A DNA stretch of 64,000 nt from Octopus sinensis (GCF_006345805.1 NC_043008.1:5146001-5210000); one strand, 5' to 3'; positions 25,215-38,519 are shown, counted from the stretch's first letter. Notes: generated from the letters alone by a model not told the origin. Program-made: numbers and translations.

Positions 25215-27620
25215 CATCTACTCTAGTAGATTCTTCTGATTTGAATATTTTGAGGGGATTCATCTCTTTTTATAGTATTATTGAGTGTGTAGGGGTGGAG
25301 AGAGATACAGGATAGTAAAAGAGTGTGAGGAATAGGGAGAAAGTGAGAGAGAGTGTGTGTGCCTTTGTATCTGAAAGGAGTGTCAATGGAAAAGAGAGGG
25401 AAAGAAAGAAGGAAGAGAGAAAGAAGAAAAAATGTGTTTACATCTATACAGCTGGTCAGTTCTTTCAATAGAAAGTGACAAGTTGATTCTTGGCCTTTAA
25501 AATGGCAAAACCAGGTGGCTACTCTAAGGGGCGTCTTGTTTTGATAAAAGTTATTTTTCAAAAAATTGTCTGGATTTATTATTGTCATCATCATTGTCCA
25601 GTGAGAGTGTGTGTGTGTGTATTGAGTCTCCCGTCACTTAAAGCATTAAACAAAGGTTACAGATCAATGATGATAATTCATCTGTGATGTAACTATTTCA
25701 GTTTCACTCAAACCCCGCCACATATACTCATTTGCTGAACAAATTTTTCTCGAGAATAATTAAACAATCACAAAATAAACTTAATTTACACTTTTTTTTT
25801 TGCTTTTAATATTTATTTGTCTATAAAATTACATTTACCTCAAGTTTGCTTCTGGCTTTTGTCGTTCATTTTTAAAAAAAATATTTGATATAAAACTCAA
25901 TTCTCTTCTTTGTTGCCATTTTAAACACAACGTTGAATAACATATTTGTTGTCAAGAATAAATTTTACAAAAATAATTTCATTTCTTTGCCTATCATTTT
26001 ATATGTGTGTGTGTGTTTGTATGTATAAATGTGTATATATGTGTATGTATATGTATACATATACATGGACATATGTATATATGTATGTATATATATGTAT
26101 ACATATATATTGATATATATATATATAGCTTCCAAATAGGAAAGCCTTGTGCTAGAAAGAGCAGTAGAAAACTCAAACCACACAAGGCTTTCCTATTTGT
26201 AAGCCTCTTAATGTGTTTTAATGTACATGATATTTTTATGTGAATAATATATAGTCTATTGACTAATTTTTTCGTGCTAGGCCACTGGTAATAATAATTT
26301 CTATAATTCTTATTGCCCTAATATTATTTATTATGCTTAAATATATAATGTATATATATATATATATATATATAATGCATATATACATATGGGAGAGAAA
26401 CCACTATGTGGACACCCTTATGCTAGAAATATATCCGCTGTGGTAAGACCATAGCAGATCTATTTCTAGCATAAGGGTGTCCACATAGTGGTTTCCCTCT
26501 AATATGTATATAATACAATTTTACTGAACCTTCAGTTTTTTTATATGCTAGACCACTGGTGTGAAATTGATGTTAATTAAATTAACATCTAATTTCTCTC
26601 CCTCATTTTAAATTTATATATAATGCATATATATATATATGTATATTAGAAAAAATAAGTATTCAGAAATCTGGATGGTTGTACATTTACAGATTTTTAT
26701 TAAGATGTCACATGTTTTTATAAATCGTAATAGCCTAGCCTGTATAATAATGTCCTCACAGTGTACAAGAAATTATATGCATTTCTGTTTCATTGAGCTC
26801 ATTCACAAGACATTTTCTCTAGTCCATTATTGCCCATCTTAATATCTTCATTTTTTTAAAGAATTGTTCCTTACCTTCATTCCCACTATTTCTGTAATGA
26901 TTTGTACTGGATGAAAGACCACTTTTGTAAAGTAAACTGTAATTTTGTATTAAACACACACAGTACTATACATATGTACATATACATAAATAGAAACAAT
27001 CTTACATCTAGATTTTCCAACCCATACCAGCACAAGGAATGAAACGTTGCACAAGGAGGAGGAGGAGGATGATGATAAATGCAGACAATTTTTTGAAAAA
27101 TAACTTTTATTAACCAACTTGTCGTCTCCTATTGAAAGAACTGATCAGCTGTATAGATGTAAACACAATTTTTTCTTCTTCCTTTCCTTCTATTTTACAT
27201 TGGTACTCCTTTCAGATACACAGGCACACACACAAACTCCCTAACTGGACAATGATGATGACAATGATAATAAATCCAGACAATTTTTTGAAAAATAACT
27301 TTTATCAAAACAAGACCCCACCTTAGAGTTGCCACCTGTTTTTTGCCATTTTTAAAGGCCAAGAATCATATCATCACTTTCTATTGAAAGAACTGACCAG
27401 CTGTATAGATGTAAACACATATTTTTCTTCTTTCTCTCTTCCATTGACACTCCTTTCAGATACACACACGCACACACTCTCTCTCACTTTCTCCCTATTC
27501 CTCACACTCTTTTACTATTCTGTATCTCTCTCCACCCCTACACACTCAATATACTATAAAAGAGATGAATCCCCTCAAAATATTCAAATCAGAAGAATCT
27601 ACTAGAGTAGATGCAAACAC
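25215..27620. repeat. Inverted repeat with about 390-bp arms (25215-25602 and 27245-27620), plus a partial third copy at about 27075-27235
   Basis: Reverse-complement match visible, and the paired ORFs 25223-25594(-) and 27384-27605(+) have near-identical translations. Confidence 0.9.
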
Positions 27621-27648
27621 TATATATATATGATTTATATATATACAC

Positions 27649-27697
<49 letters not shown>

Positions 27698-27922
27698 TAT
27701 ATAACACACATATATATATATATATACACATATATATATATACACATATATATATATACACATATATAATATATACATATATATATACACATATATATAT
27801 ATACATATATATTATATACACATATATATACACATATATATTATATATATACACATATATATATACACATATATATATATATATACACACATATTATATA
27901 TACATATAATATATACATATAC

Positions 27923-27967
<45 letters not shown>

Positions 27968-28138
27968 CATATATATACATTATATCTATATACATATATA
28001 CCACACTATATATATCATATACATATATAATACATATATATATATATACATATATATACATATATATATATATACATATATCCACACATATATATATATA
28101 CATATATATACATATATATATATAACATATATACACAC

Positions 28139-28171
<33 letters not shown>

Positions 28172-28274
28172 ATATATATATACATATATATACATATTAT
28201 ATATACAACACATATATATATTATATACATCTATAATACATATATACTATATACACACATATATATACATATAT

Positions 28275-28313
<39 letters not shown>

Positions 28314-28407
28314 TACACACATATTTATATATATATACACACACACACATATATATATATAATTATATATACATATATACACACTATTTATATATATATA
28401 TATATAC

Positions 28408-28448
<41 letters not shown>

Positions 28449-28472
28449 TATATACATATATACACACATATA

Positions 28473-28506
<34 letters not shown>

Positions 28507-28632
28507 CATATTATATATATATATAATATATATATATTATATATATATATACATATATATACATATATATATATATACATATATACACACATATATATTA
28601 ATATACATATATATATATATATAATATACATA

Positions 28633-28670
<38 letters not shown>

Positions 28671-28719
28671 CTATATATATATAACATATATACATATATA
28701 TATATACATATATACACAC

Positions 28720-28756
<37 letters not shown>

Positions 28757-29062
28757 ATACATATATAATATATATATACATATATTATACATAATATAAT
28801 ATATAATATATATACATATATATACATATATATATATATTATATATATATATACATATATATACATATATATACATATATATATACATATATATACATAT
28901 ATACACACATATATATATATATACATAATATATATACATATTATATACATATATATACATATATATACATATTATATACATATATATACATATATACACA
29001 CATATATATATATATACATATATTATACATATATATATATACATATACACACACACACATAT
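27621..29062. repeat. About 1.4-kb compound (TA)n/(TATACA)n microsatellite
   Basis: Directly visible. Confidence 0.97.
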
Positions 29063-30257
29063 ATTTTGCGTGTCTCCAACCATTACGCAACTTTTCGGGA
29101 CGTGAACAAGCGCCAGACCACGGGACTCAGTAAGCTAATATGGCGACTGAAGGATGCGAACTTAAGCTATAGGCTGGAATGGTCAATTTTGTCGGTGGCC
29201 CTCCCATTTGATAGGGGCAGAAGACAGTGCAACCTTTGTGTCTCCGAACTCTTCCATATTTTGTTTGCCAGAGGCCGGATGGTAAACGGGCTCTTACAGT
29301 CGGCTTTTCGATGCCCCCATTGGCGGCGTTACACTTATCTGGCCTTTAAATAGCGTTCATAAATAAGACCGGCACCCATAGCCCTTGGTAACAAATTCTG
29401 AAATAGATTTTAAGATATCTACAATTAACCACTGCAAGGGAAATTACTCCTGTAAGACAACGGGGCTGTTTTTTTTCACACAGCGGGGGTTTCCTGTCAA
29501 GGTAGGCTTAGATGAACACACACACACACCATAAAACTAAATATATATATATAATTTCTTTATTTTTTTTCTTTCTGCCACCCAACGGTTATCACGGCAG
29601 TAGCCACTGACAGCCGAACGATCAAACGCACACACGTACACAAAAATGTTTTCTACCCCTACGCCAACACACACATATATAGAACAGTATACACACACAC
29701 ACGTCTCTAAGTAGATTTTTTCTCGCCCCTTATAAAACATCCAATATTCTTTAAATAGTCAGAACTTTATTCTCGGTCACAAAGAACATCTATACACCCC
29801 CACCCACATGTTTGACCGATGCCTGACCTGTTGAATTCTTCAGCCACCGGTTCTCAACATACACTGATAAACAGTTTCGCCATGGGCTCTTAGGAGCACA
29901 GTTCGATTTGTTTTTTGCTCTGCCTCTGTTCTGTTTTTGTTTTTCCAACGGATTTCCTTTTTTCTTCCTGAAGAGAAAGACACAATATGGTCCCATTATT
30001 CAATCGGATTTTGGTAATTTGTGCCTTTCGAAACACGTGTAGAATGAAATAAAACGATTTCTGTTCAATCTGCGTTCAGCTCCATTTCTTCAATTCACCA
30101 ATAATGTTTTAATTTCAATTATCCGCACCAACGCACGGTTGCAACGCCAGATGGTTGTACCTCCAACCGTGCTGTTCACTGCTGTGATTTTTGCTACTAA
30201 GGTATCGGTAAACTTTTGATTAATCCACTACAAGATTATTCATCTTTCTATTTCAAA
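29063..30257 (+). mobile_element. Penelope-like element 3' fragment (C-terminal GIY-YIG domain plus 3' region with HHR)
   Basis: ORF 29066-29353 ([27 protein letters not shown]) is homologous to 51044-51433. HHR lies downstream. Confidence 0.8.
29965..30044 (+). ncRNA. Minimal type I hammerhead ribozyme motif
   Basis: TTC-CTGAAGA-GAAAGACAC...GTGCCTTTC-GAAA-CACGTG-TA-GAA. Stems I, II and III are all formable. Confidence 0.8.
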
Positions 30258-30261
30258 TTAT

Positions 30262-30295
<34 letters not shown>

Positions 30296-30677
30296 ATATA
30301 TACATATATATATATACATATATACATATATATATATACATATATACATATATATATATACATATATACATATATATATATACATATATACATATATATA
30401 TATACATATATATATATATACATATATATATATACTATATATATATATATCATATTATATATATATAATATATATATATATATATACATACATATATATA
30501 TACATACATATATATTATATATATACATATATATATATATATATACATATATATATAATATATACATATATATATATCATATACATATATATATATTATA
30601 TATAATACCATATATATATTATATATTATATATATACATATATATATATAGATATATATATATATACATATATATAT

Positions 30678-30709
<32 letters not shown>

Positions 30710-30798
30710 CACTATATATATATATATATATATATATGTGTCATAATATAATATATATATAATATAATATGTGTACATATATATATATATAGTATATA

Positions 30799-30832
<34 letters not shown>

Positions 30833-30919
30833 AATATAGTGTACATATATATATATATATAATATATAATATATATATATATATATATATGTGTGTACTA
30901 TATATATATATATACATTA
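30258..30919. repeat. About 660-bp compound (TA)n/(TATACA)n microsatellite
   Basis: Directly visible. Confidence 0.97.
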
Positions 30920-31945
30920 TCTCTCTATATATAAAACTGAGAATGTGTGTCTGTCTGTGTGTTTCCCTAAAACTTGAGAACTACACAACCAATTTCATTC
31001 AAATTTTACACATGCCTTACTTATGGTCCATGTAGTTTCATGGGCAAAAAAAATGTTCAACTTCTTGCCTAGAGCGAGCCCATAGCAATATCATATCTTC
31101 TCCACTATTTCAGTATTACGTGTTAAAAGTGAAACAAAAACATTTCTCTATTTTATGTCACATACTTTCACTTTAACAATAAAAATAATAATAACAATTG
31201 AATTATATGTAGTAAGTAATAATTAAAATCAAACTAAAGTATAATATAATCGTAACATAACAAAATTAAAAATAGCAATTGGTATAAAATTGCATCAATG
31301 ACTTGAACTTGAATAAGTGGTTTCACATGAATGGGAATAAATTAAAAATAAAATTAGCGTGCAGAAATGGAATAGTCCAGATGGATAATAAAAAATTAAA
31401 TTAAAGAAACGACTATTGTCTATAAAGTATACAATGTAGAGAAAAAAGAAGATTTGAACACCTGGAGGAAAGCACCATCAAAAAGTGTCTTGGTGCGACT
31501 ATGAAAGATATCTAACCAGAGGCGGTAAATTCGCCACAATAGAAGCAAGGTTCGAGTCGACGGAGCGTGCAAGGGAGTACTCGACTCGAACTGCAAAGTG
31601 GAAATATTTTATTTTTACCTTTATATCTGGGACGTAGGACGTCCCGGAAAAAAATTAAAAATGCCCCCCATCCCCGAAGTAGAGGTTGGCTGGATTGTAG
31701 CCACACTTCTATACAAGAGGGAGGACAAGATACAATTGATCGAAATTACAAGAGACAGGCTAACAATTCCAGTCTGTTATATATTTTGAGTATTGTTATC
31801 ACTAGCGATATCAAGATATAACTTTGTATTTTGTATTTTATGTGTAGATGTATATATATAGATGTACATGTAATATGTACACATATATATACACATATAT
31901 ACATGCACTAGCACTATGACCCGGCAACGACGGGTCATAATGCTA

Positions 31946-31946
<1 letters not shown>
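30920..31946 (+). mobile_element. Non-autonomous Helitron
   Basis: Starts A|TCTCTCTATATATAAAACTG and ends with hairpin GACCCG-GCAACGA-CGGGTC, then 7 nt and CTAG|T. Confidence 0.85.
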
Positions 31947-31992
<46 letters not shown>

Positions 31993-32369
31993 GTAAATAA
32001 ATTGGAACTATTTTCCAGAAAACTTGTACGAAACTCTATTTCATGCCACGATAGGACATTGCTTTTATCTATTTTATTTACCAATCAATCATTTACTGGA
32101 TAAATACGACGCAATCATATAAATATATAAGCCCTAGACAAATGTGGCACCTATGATAATATTAATAATAATAATGATGATTTGGACAGCAATTTAGAGG
32201 AAGGAGGCTGTGTGCAGTTTAATCTGTTCCTGTCCTCAACTGGTTCTTATTTTATCGATCCAAGAAAAGTGGAAGGCTAAGTTGTCTCTGTTGTGAGATA
32301 AATGTAAAAGGAGATCGTGAATTACAGTAAAATCGTTTCCTCCTTGGCTCTACTGATGTTGCTGTTTAC

Positions 32370-32405
32370 TTAATAATAATAATGATAATGATAATAATAA
32401 TAGTA

Positions 32406-32436
<31 letters not shown>

Positions 32437-32590
32437 TTTTTAACAGATTTACAAGGCATAACCTTTTGTTGGTTGAGTGAGGTTGACACTGGATGTATGA
32501 AAAGCAAAAGTGGGCCTTGGTTATATTTGAACTCAGAACCTTGTAGCAGAGAGATGATAACTAAATATTCTGCCACTCACTGCCTTTATT

Positions 32591-32622
<32 letters not shown>

Positions 32623-32772
32623 TAATAATAATAATAATAATAATAATTAATGATGATGATGATGATTTCTTAAATATTATATATAATACCTTTTTTTGCT
32701 TTTATTACTTCAACAACAATAATAGCAATATTAACAACAACAATAACAACGATAATAAGTGATAATAATAAT

Positions 32773-32812
<40 letters not shown>
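32370..32812. repeat. (TAA)n/(GAT)n/(CAA)n triplet microsatellites just downstream of the kinase stop codon
   Basis: Directly visible. Possibly within the 3' UTR (inference). Confidence 0.9.
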
Positions 32813-32815
<3 letters not shown>

Positions 32816-32874
32816 TGAAATGTTTAAAATCCAATTTTTTTTTTTGTTTGTTTCTTTGACATTGACTGGCAAAT

Positions 32875-32940
32875 TTAGCTGGTGGTTCTGCCTGCAAACT
32901 TCATAACTCTGTTTGTCATGATCACAGCCTTTGCAGCAGC
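32875..32940 (-). CDS. CAMK4: CaMKIV-like kinase, terminal coding exon (AAAKAVIMTNRVMKFAGRTTS-stop)
   Basis: Acceptor atgtttttacag|GCT. Phase 0 continues RRKLK and matches the CaM-binding KLKAAVKAVV region of CaMKIV. TAA at 32875-32877. Confidence 0.85.
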   Translation of the reverse strand, partial: AAAKAVIMTNRVMKFAGRTTS

Positions 32941-33499
32941 CTGTAAAAACATTAAACATACCGTGATGATGATGATATTGGTGGTGGTGGTGGTGGTGAC
33001 AATGATGAGGAGAATTATCATCATCATCATCGTTGTTTTGTTTTGTTGGACTTTCTCTCAAAATGACAAACCCTTGAAGTCACTTTTTCTAGGCTTTTGT
33101 CAAACCTGTTAACAACCTGGGGCCCTTGTAGGGAATATAAGTGTGTGTGTGCATGTGTGTGTGCATGCGTGTGTGTGTGTGTATGTGTGATGTGCATGTG
33201 AGTGTGTGTGATGTGTGTGTGCATGTGTGTGTGTAAATATATATGTAACATATAGTCATATACAACGGGCTTCTGCACAATTTTGAGTATGTGTGTGTGC
33301 GTGTGTGTATGTGTGATGTGCATGTGTGTGTGTGTGTGTGTAAGCAATGAAAGAAGTGTGTGGACCTTACAGAAAGTGCTGAACTTACGTTTGGATTCAT
33401 GTAGCATGAATATAAAATGGAGGAAGAATGGTCTAGGGTGTAACCAGTAGTTGTTATTGTTTGTGTTGTTGTATAGCCCCCAAGTTAGTCCCATTTTTA

Positions 33500-34065
33500 G
33501 GGCAAGCAGATAGCATGCCAAATATCAAGGCCTGATCCACAAAGCTGTCTTTCTCAGTCGCCTCCCAACTGAAAACCCTGACTCATACATCCTGAACAAG
33601 CAATGGTGAATGTCAAGAGATGCAGGCTATTCGCCTTACACTCTTTCAGTTGTATTTTTGTTCTTCATATGTTTGTGGATTCTAAGGGGGGGGGGTCACA
33701 ACAGAAGCAGACGAAATACATTTGCTCAAAGCCTGATAATGATGCTTGCTGTTTGTCTGCCATAGTCTTTTCTATGGCAAATATATGGGAAATAACCACC
33801 TGTATCATCTCTTGTGAAAGGTAGAAGAGTCCAGTTTGCTGGACATTGTTATAGAGCTGAAAACGAGGTAATTTCTACTCTTCTCCTCTGGAAGCCATCT
33901 GCTCGTGATACCAGAGGGTACACACTCTCCTACCCTGATGTAATCTCCAAGGATACAGGCATCCGGCAACAGGACCTCCGTAGTGCTATGATGGACTGTG
34001 AGGTCTGGCATAACATAGTAAATTCCATTGTTTTGACCACGGTCGAACAATGATGATGATGAAGT
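33500..34065 (+). mobile_element. RTE LINE 3' fragment (second family)
   Basis: KGRRVQFAGHCYRAENEVISTLLLWKP..TLSYPDVISKDTG, followed by a (TGA)n tail. Confidence 0.8.
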
Positions 34066-34239
34066 CTGAGAAAAAGAAAGGATGGTTACAACTGGAATAT
34101 CTTTCATCTCAGAATGTCTGTTCTATCAGGACTAACACAGGACTGAACAGCATAAGAAGTAACTCTGTCGAAAACAGTGAGTTCCTTCTATGTTAACTAT
34201 ATGACAGACTGTATCGGTTGAGGGGATTTAAAATAATAT

Positions 34240-34610
34240 GTCCTGTCTAGAAACAGAAGAAAACACATCCATGACCCATTAAGTACCATTTGCACTCAGT
34301 CATTCCATCTTGACAAGACATATTGTAAATACTATGAAACATTCTGCACTCTCTGCTGATTCCATTATTAAGCACAAAGGAAGGCAGTAAAGCTGGCATA
34401 TGTATTGGGCATATTATTCCCTCCTTCAGCTTGCCATTTGTAAGAAAGCTCTGGAAGAGAATCTGGAGGGGTTTTGCCAGGGCATGCTTAGACGATTTGA
34501 AGAGGATTGCTGGGAAACCATCCGGACCAGCAGTTGAGTTTGTGTCCACTTCATCTATGGCTAGTAGTATATCTTCTTCACTAATGTCAATGTATTCCAT
34601 TGTAACTGCA
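34240..34610 (-). mobile_element. CR1/L2-like LINE RT N-terminal fragment
   Basis: EDILLAIDEV..NSTAGPDGFPAILFK..LAKPLQILFQS. Confidence 0.75.
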
Positions 34611-35382
34611 TATTGCACAAAAGAGATGCATTTGCGCTGGCTCCTTACATTTTGAGTTCAAATTCTACCAAGACTGACTTTGCCTTTCTGGGGTCAATAA
34701 AATAAGTACCAGTCAGGTACTGGGGTTGATGAAATTAACTATTCCACTCCCACTAAAATTCCTGGCCTTGTGTCAAATTTTGAAACCGTTATTAAGAACA
34801 AAGCCACAGATTTTGTGGGCAAAGTAAATATCTAGTTGGGTTTCTTATGATTTGCTCAACTTGATCACACCATCTTTTACATCTTGTCAAGCGTAGCATC
34901 CAGAAACTCAGAAGAACAACGTCTTGTATCTGTACAGAGTTGGTCAATGAGAGGTTCTACTGGATAACTGACCATGTTGGAGTGTCTGTAGGAGAGTATC
35001 ACTAATGACTTCCTGTTTAGCTCTCCAGCAATATCTTGCAAAATGCATGACTCTCTCTCTCTCTCTCTCTTTCTACCCTCCCCCCTTCTCTCTTTAAAAA
35101 CATCAGTGATTGTAAGTAGACTGCTGTACAGTCTCTGCTTTGACCTCAAAATGAAGAAAGAAAATAACCAATTCCAACAAGGTCTGAATGTTAGAGCAAA
35201 TCTTGCTAGCAAAAGCCAGAGTATATAACAAGCACAAGATTACACAATTGAGAGAGGTGTCTTGTTGATTCAATCAACTCCAGTACTTAACTGCTATCTG
35301 CTTTATTGATCATGAATAGTAAAACTGACCCAATGAAGAGTGGATTCAGAACATAAAGAGATATGACTACAGTTACGAATTA

Positions 35383-36245
35383 CTAGCAGTATCGCCTGGC
35401 ATTGCTCGGGTTTGTTTCGACCCTTTAGAATTGGAATTTTTGGAAAGTAAAAATTTTGCATTATGTGGCTTGTTATTTTCTTTAAGTGAACATTTTTTTG
35501 GTTGAAATACACCGTAACATGGCAACACAACAGTAAAAAAATCGTAAAAAAAGGGGATATTCATAGAAAAAAAGCACCTTTTTGATGTAAATAATTTTTG
35601 GTGTTAACATGGTCTGATTTGAAATTTTTCTTTTACAGAAGGAAGAGCAAGTCTTCTTCTATCATCTCAATTTTGGTCAACTTGCGCCGCAGGGTCTCAG
35701 AGGAGATAGTGTTAGTTGAAGGCTGCCAAACCTGCCATACACAGCACAACTTCAGCTTTATATATATAGAGATATAGTGTATATATATATATGGTCAACA
35801 CACACATTGCATGCATGTGTTTTGTACACATACATGCTAGTGTGTGTGTGTGTGTGTGTCTGAAGCCATTCACACATACATACATACATAACAACACCTG
35901 TCTCTGTTTTTGTCTGTCAATCACTCACTAAAAAGAAATTTTTTAAATCTCTCTCTCTCTCCCTCCCTCTCTTTACACCGTCGCTAGAAGGGGACTTAAC
36001 TCATGTTTTGTAAATAATAATGGCATCACTGCAGTGGATTTCGCCACCGTGAAAATTGAAGTTATGGCTCAAATTTATTTACCGCTATTCGCGGGTGCCT
36101 TAGGGGAAAATAATTTGACGAAATACAACTAGGGTCGTGACGAATGTCCTCCTAAAATTTGAGCGATATGCGTACTAATTTGTGGATGTACATAAACTAC
36201 AATCACGTACACACACATACACATCCTGCTTCATATATATACAGA
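35383..36245 (-). mobile_element. Composite non-autonomous Helitron-like unit (left arm of an 863-bp inverted repeat)
   Basis: TC starts at 36245 and 35772, CTAG end at 35383 with a hairpin. Reverse complement of 38112-38973. Confidence 0.85.
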
Positions 36246-36289
36246 TAATGCTAATTTCCTTGTGGCTGACCACCTTGTAGCGCCAGTCA

Positions 36290-36600
36290 TCATCGGAATT
36301 GATATCCTCATCATCATCATTGTTCGACCGTGGTCGAGACAATGGAATGTACTATGTTACGCCAGACTTCACGGTCCATCATAGCATTACGGAGGTCCCG
36401 TTGCTGGATGCCTGTATCCCTGGAGATTACATCAGGGTAGGAGAGTGTGCGCCCTCTGATATCACGAGCAAATGGCTTCCAGAGGAGAAGAGTATAAATT
36501 ACCTCGTTTTCAGCTCTACAACAATGTCCAGCAAACTGGACTCTTCTACCTTTCACAAGAGATGATACAGGTGGTAATTTCCCAGTTAACATCCATAAAA
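36290..36600 (-). mobile_element. RTE LINE 3' fragment, inverted copy of 33800-34060
   Basis: ORF 36317-36592 is nearly the same peptide as 33814-34053. Confidence 0.85.
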
Positions 36601-37995
36601 AAAAAATTCAATGCCTGGCAAGAAACACCACTTGCAGAAGGTGTCAGAAGAAAGGCCACTGGAAGAAGGTCTGCCTCTCAAAAACGCCACCAAGAAACAA
36701 ACAAAGCTCCCCTAAAACAGCAGCTATCACAGAACCTGAGAGTGATTCAGAAAAGAAAAAGTGATGGTGTAGGGCACTACCAAAAGACTTATAACAGATG
36801 AACCGTGGGCAGTTAACACTTGGCAATTACAATTGACTTCAAGGGCACGTGCAAGCCTGTGTCATTCTGCATGTACATGTCCAGCCTCAAATGCATCGTG
36901 TACAAACTACTTTCAGGCATTGAGACCTCTAAGCTCAAACCAATTAGAACTTCAAGAAGCAGTCCTGGAGACGCAGAGTTTATCAAGCATGAAATAGGTT
37001 ACTTTCAGAGGACATAAGTCAGGAAAGCTGTAGTCCGTTGTGAGCTCAATGCTTCATGACATCTCAAGGAAGGCAGAAAAGACTGACCAACTACTCAGAC
37101 ACTATAAATATCTACACACAACTGGATGCCTACCCTAACCCTCAGATCGATGATCTTCTAAATGAAATAGCAGCAAACAAGATTTTCAGCAACATAGGTA
37201 TGATAGCTGTGTTGTAGAGAATTACGACTATATATTTTAGCTACATTGTAGCTATATTAAATCTCAACAATTCAAACAAGACTTGTTGGATTTTTCTTGG
37301 ACATGGCATAAAAAATTACCAATGTCTCAAAGGAGTGAGTGTCATAGAGTTTAGTTACATCCCACAAACACTGAAGTTTTTCCCAAAATCCAGGGTTTTT
37401 ATAACTGCTCAACTTGACTTTAAAGTATCAAAATCACATAAAAATATTCTTTAACTAACTTTTAGAATTCCTATATGAGCAGTTATATTAACCAATGGGA
37501 AATCGACAATCATATTTCTTCGGCAATACGACATTACGTCAAGAATCAAAATCACAAAAATATTCTTTAACTAACTTTTAGAATTCCTATATGAGCAGTA
37601 ATATTAACCAATGGAAAATCGACAATCATATTTCTTTGGCAATACGACATTACGTCATATTGCCAGCTACCACAAATTGGCGCTACTATTTGGAAATGAC
37701 TACACGCTACAGCTGCATATCACCAGGTGGAACTCCTACCCAAACACTACAAGCTGACAGTATTTGATGCAGGGTGGGGGAGAGACTGTATTAGTTTAAA
37801 TGGCTTCCGTTTGGTTTTACCAATGCCGCTGCAATTTTCCGGCATGTCCTGGATGAATTCATAAAAAGAAACTATCTTCAAAAACCCTTTGCCTATCTAG
37901 ATGATATCATCGTAGCTGGCAAAGATTAACATGAACATGGTGATAATCTCAGGAGATTTATCCAGTCAGCCGAAACGTCTGGCATGACCAACAAC
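36600..37995 (+). mobile_element. Gypsy/Ty3 LTR-retrotransposon gag-pol remnant
   Basis: CCHC knuckle CRRCQKKGHWKKVC (36633-36674), FIKHEI, YTQLDAYPNPQIDDLLNEI, AAYHQV, LPFGFTNA and YLDD. Stops and frameshifts present, no LTRs seen. Confidence 0.85.
37203..37715. mobile_element. Unclassified insertion splitting the Gypsy RT, with an internal 118-bp tandem duplication
   Basis: The RT reads through when it is removed. Flanked by ATAGCTG/ACAGCTG. Duplicated units at 37428-37545 and 37546-37657. Confidence 0.6.
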
Positions 37996-38111
37996 ATGGG
38001 CACTATCACATTGGAATTTACTTGTTAGAATAGTTACTACACTGATCCCTTCTCGAGATTTTACAACTAGCTATTTTGCTTGTTGCAAATCAATGACCGA
38101 TAGTTGCTTCA

Positions 38112-38483
38112 TCTGTATATATATATAAGGCAGGATGTGTGTGTGTGTGTACATGATTGTAGTTTATGCACATCCACAAATTAGTACGCATGTCGCTCAA
38201 ATTTCAGGAGGACATTCGTCATGACCCTAGCTGTATTTTCATCAAATTATTTTCCCCTGAGGCACCTGCGAATAGCGGTAAATAAATTTGAGCCATAACT
38301 TCAATTTTCATGGCAGAGAAATCCACTGTAATGACGCCATTATTATTTACAAAACATGAGTTAAGTCCCCTTCTAGCGACGGTGTAAAGACAGAGATTTA
38401 AAAAATTTCTTTTTAGTGAGTGATTGACAGACAAAAACAGAGACAGGTGTTGTTATGTATGTATGTATGTGTGAATGGCTTCA

Positions 38484-38519
<36 letters not shown>

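Noticed and set aside
27546-30605. Many Y/I/M/C-rich ORFs
   Set aside because: Translations of TA/CA microsatellites. The same applies near 23.7, 26.0, 33.2, 42.1 and 60.4 kb.
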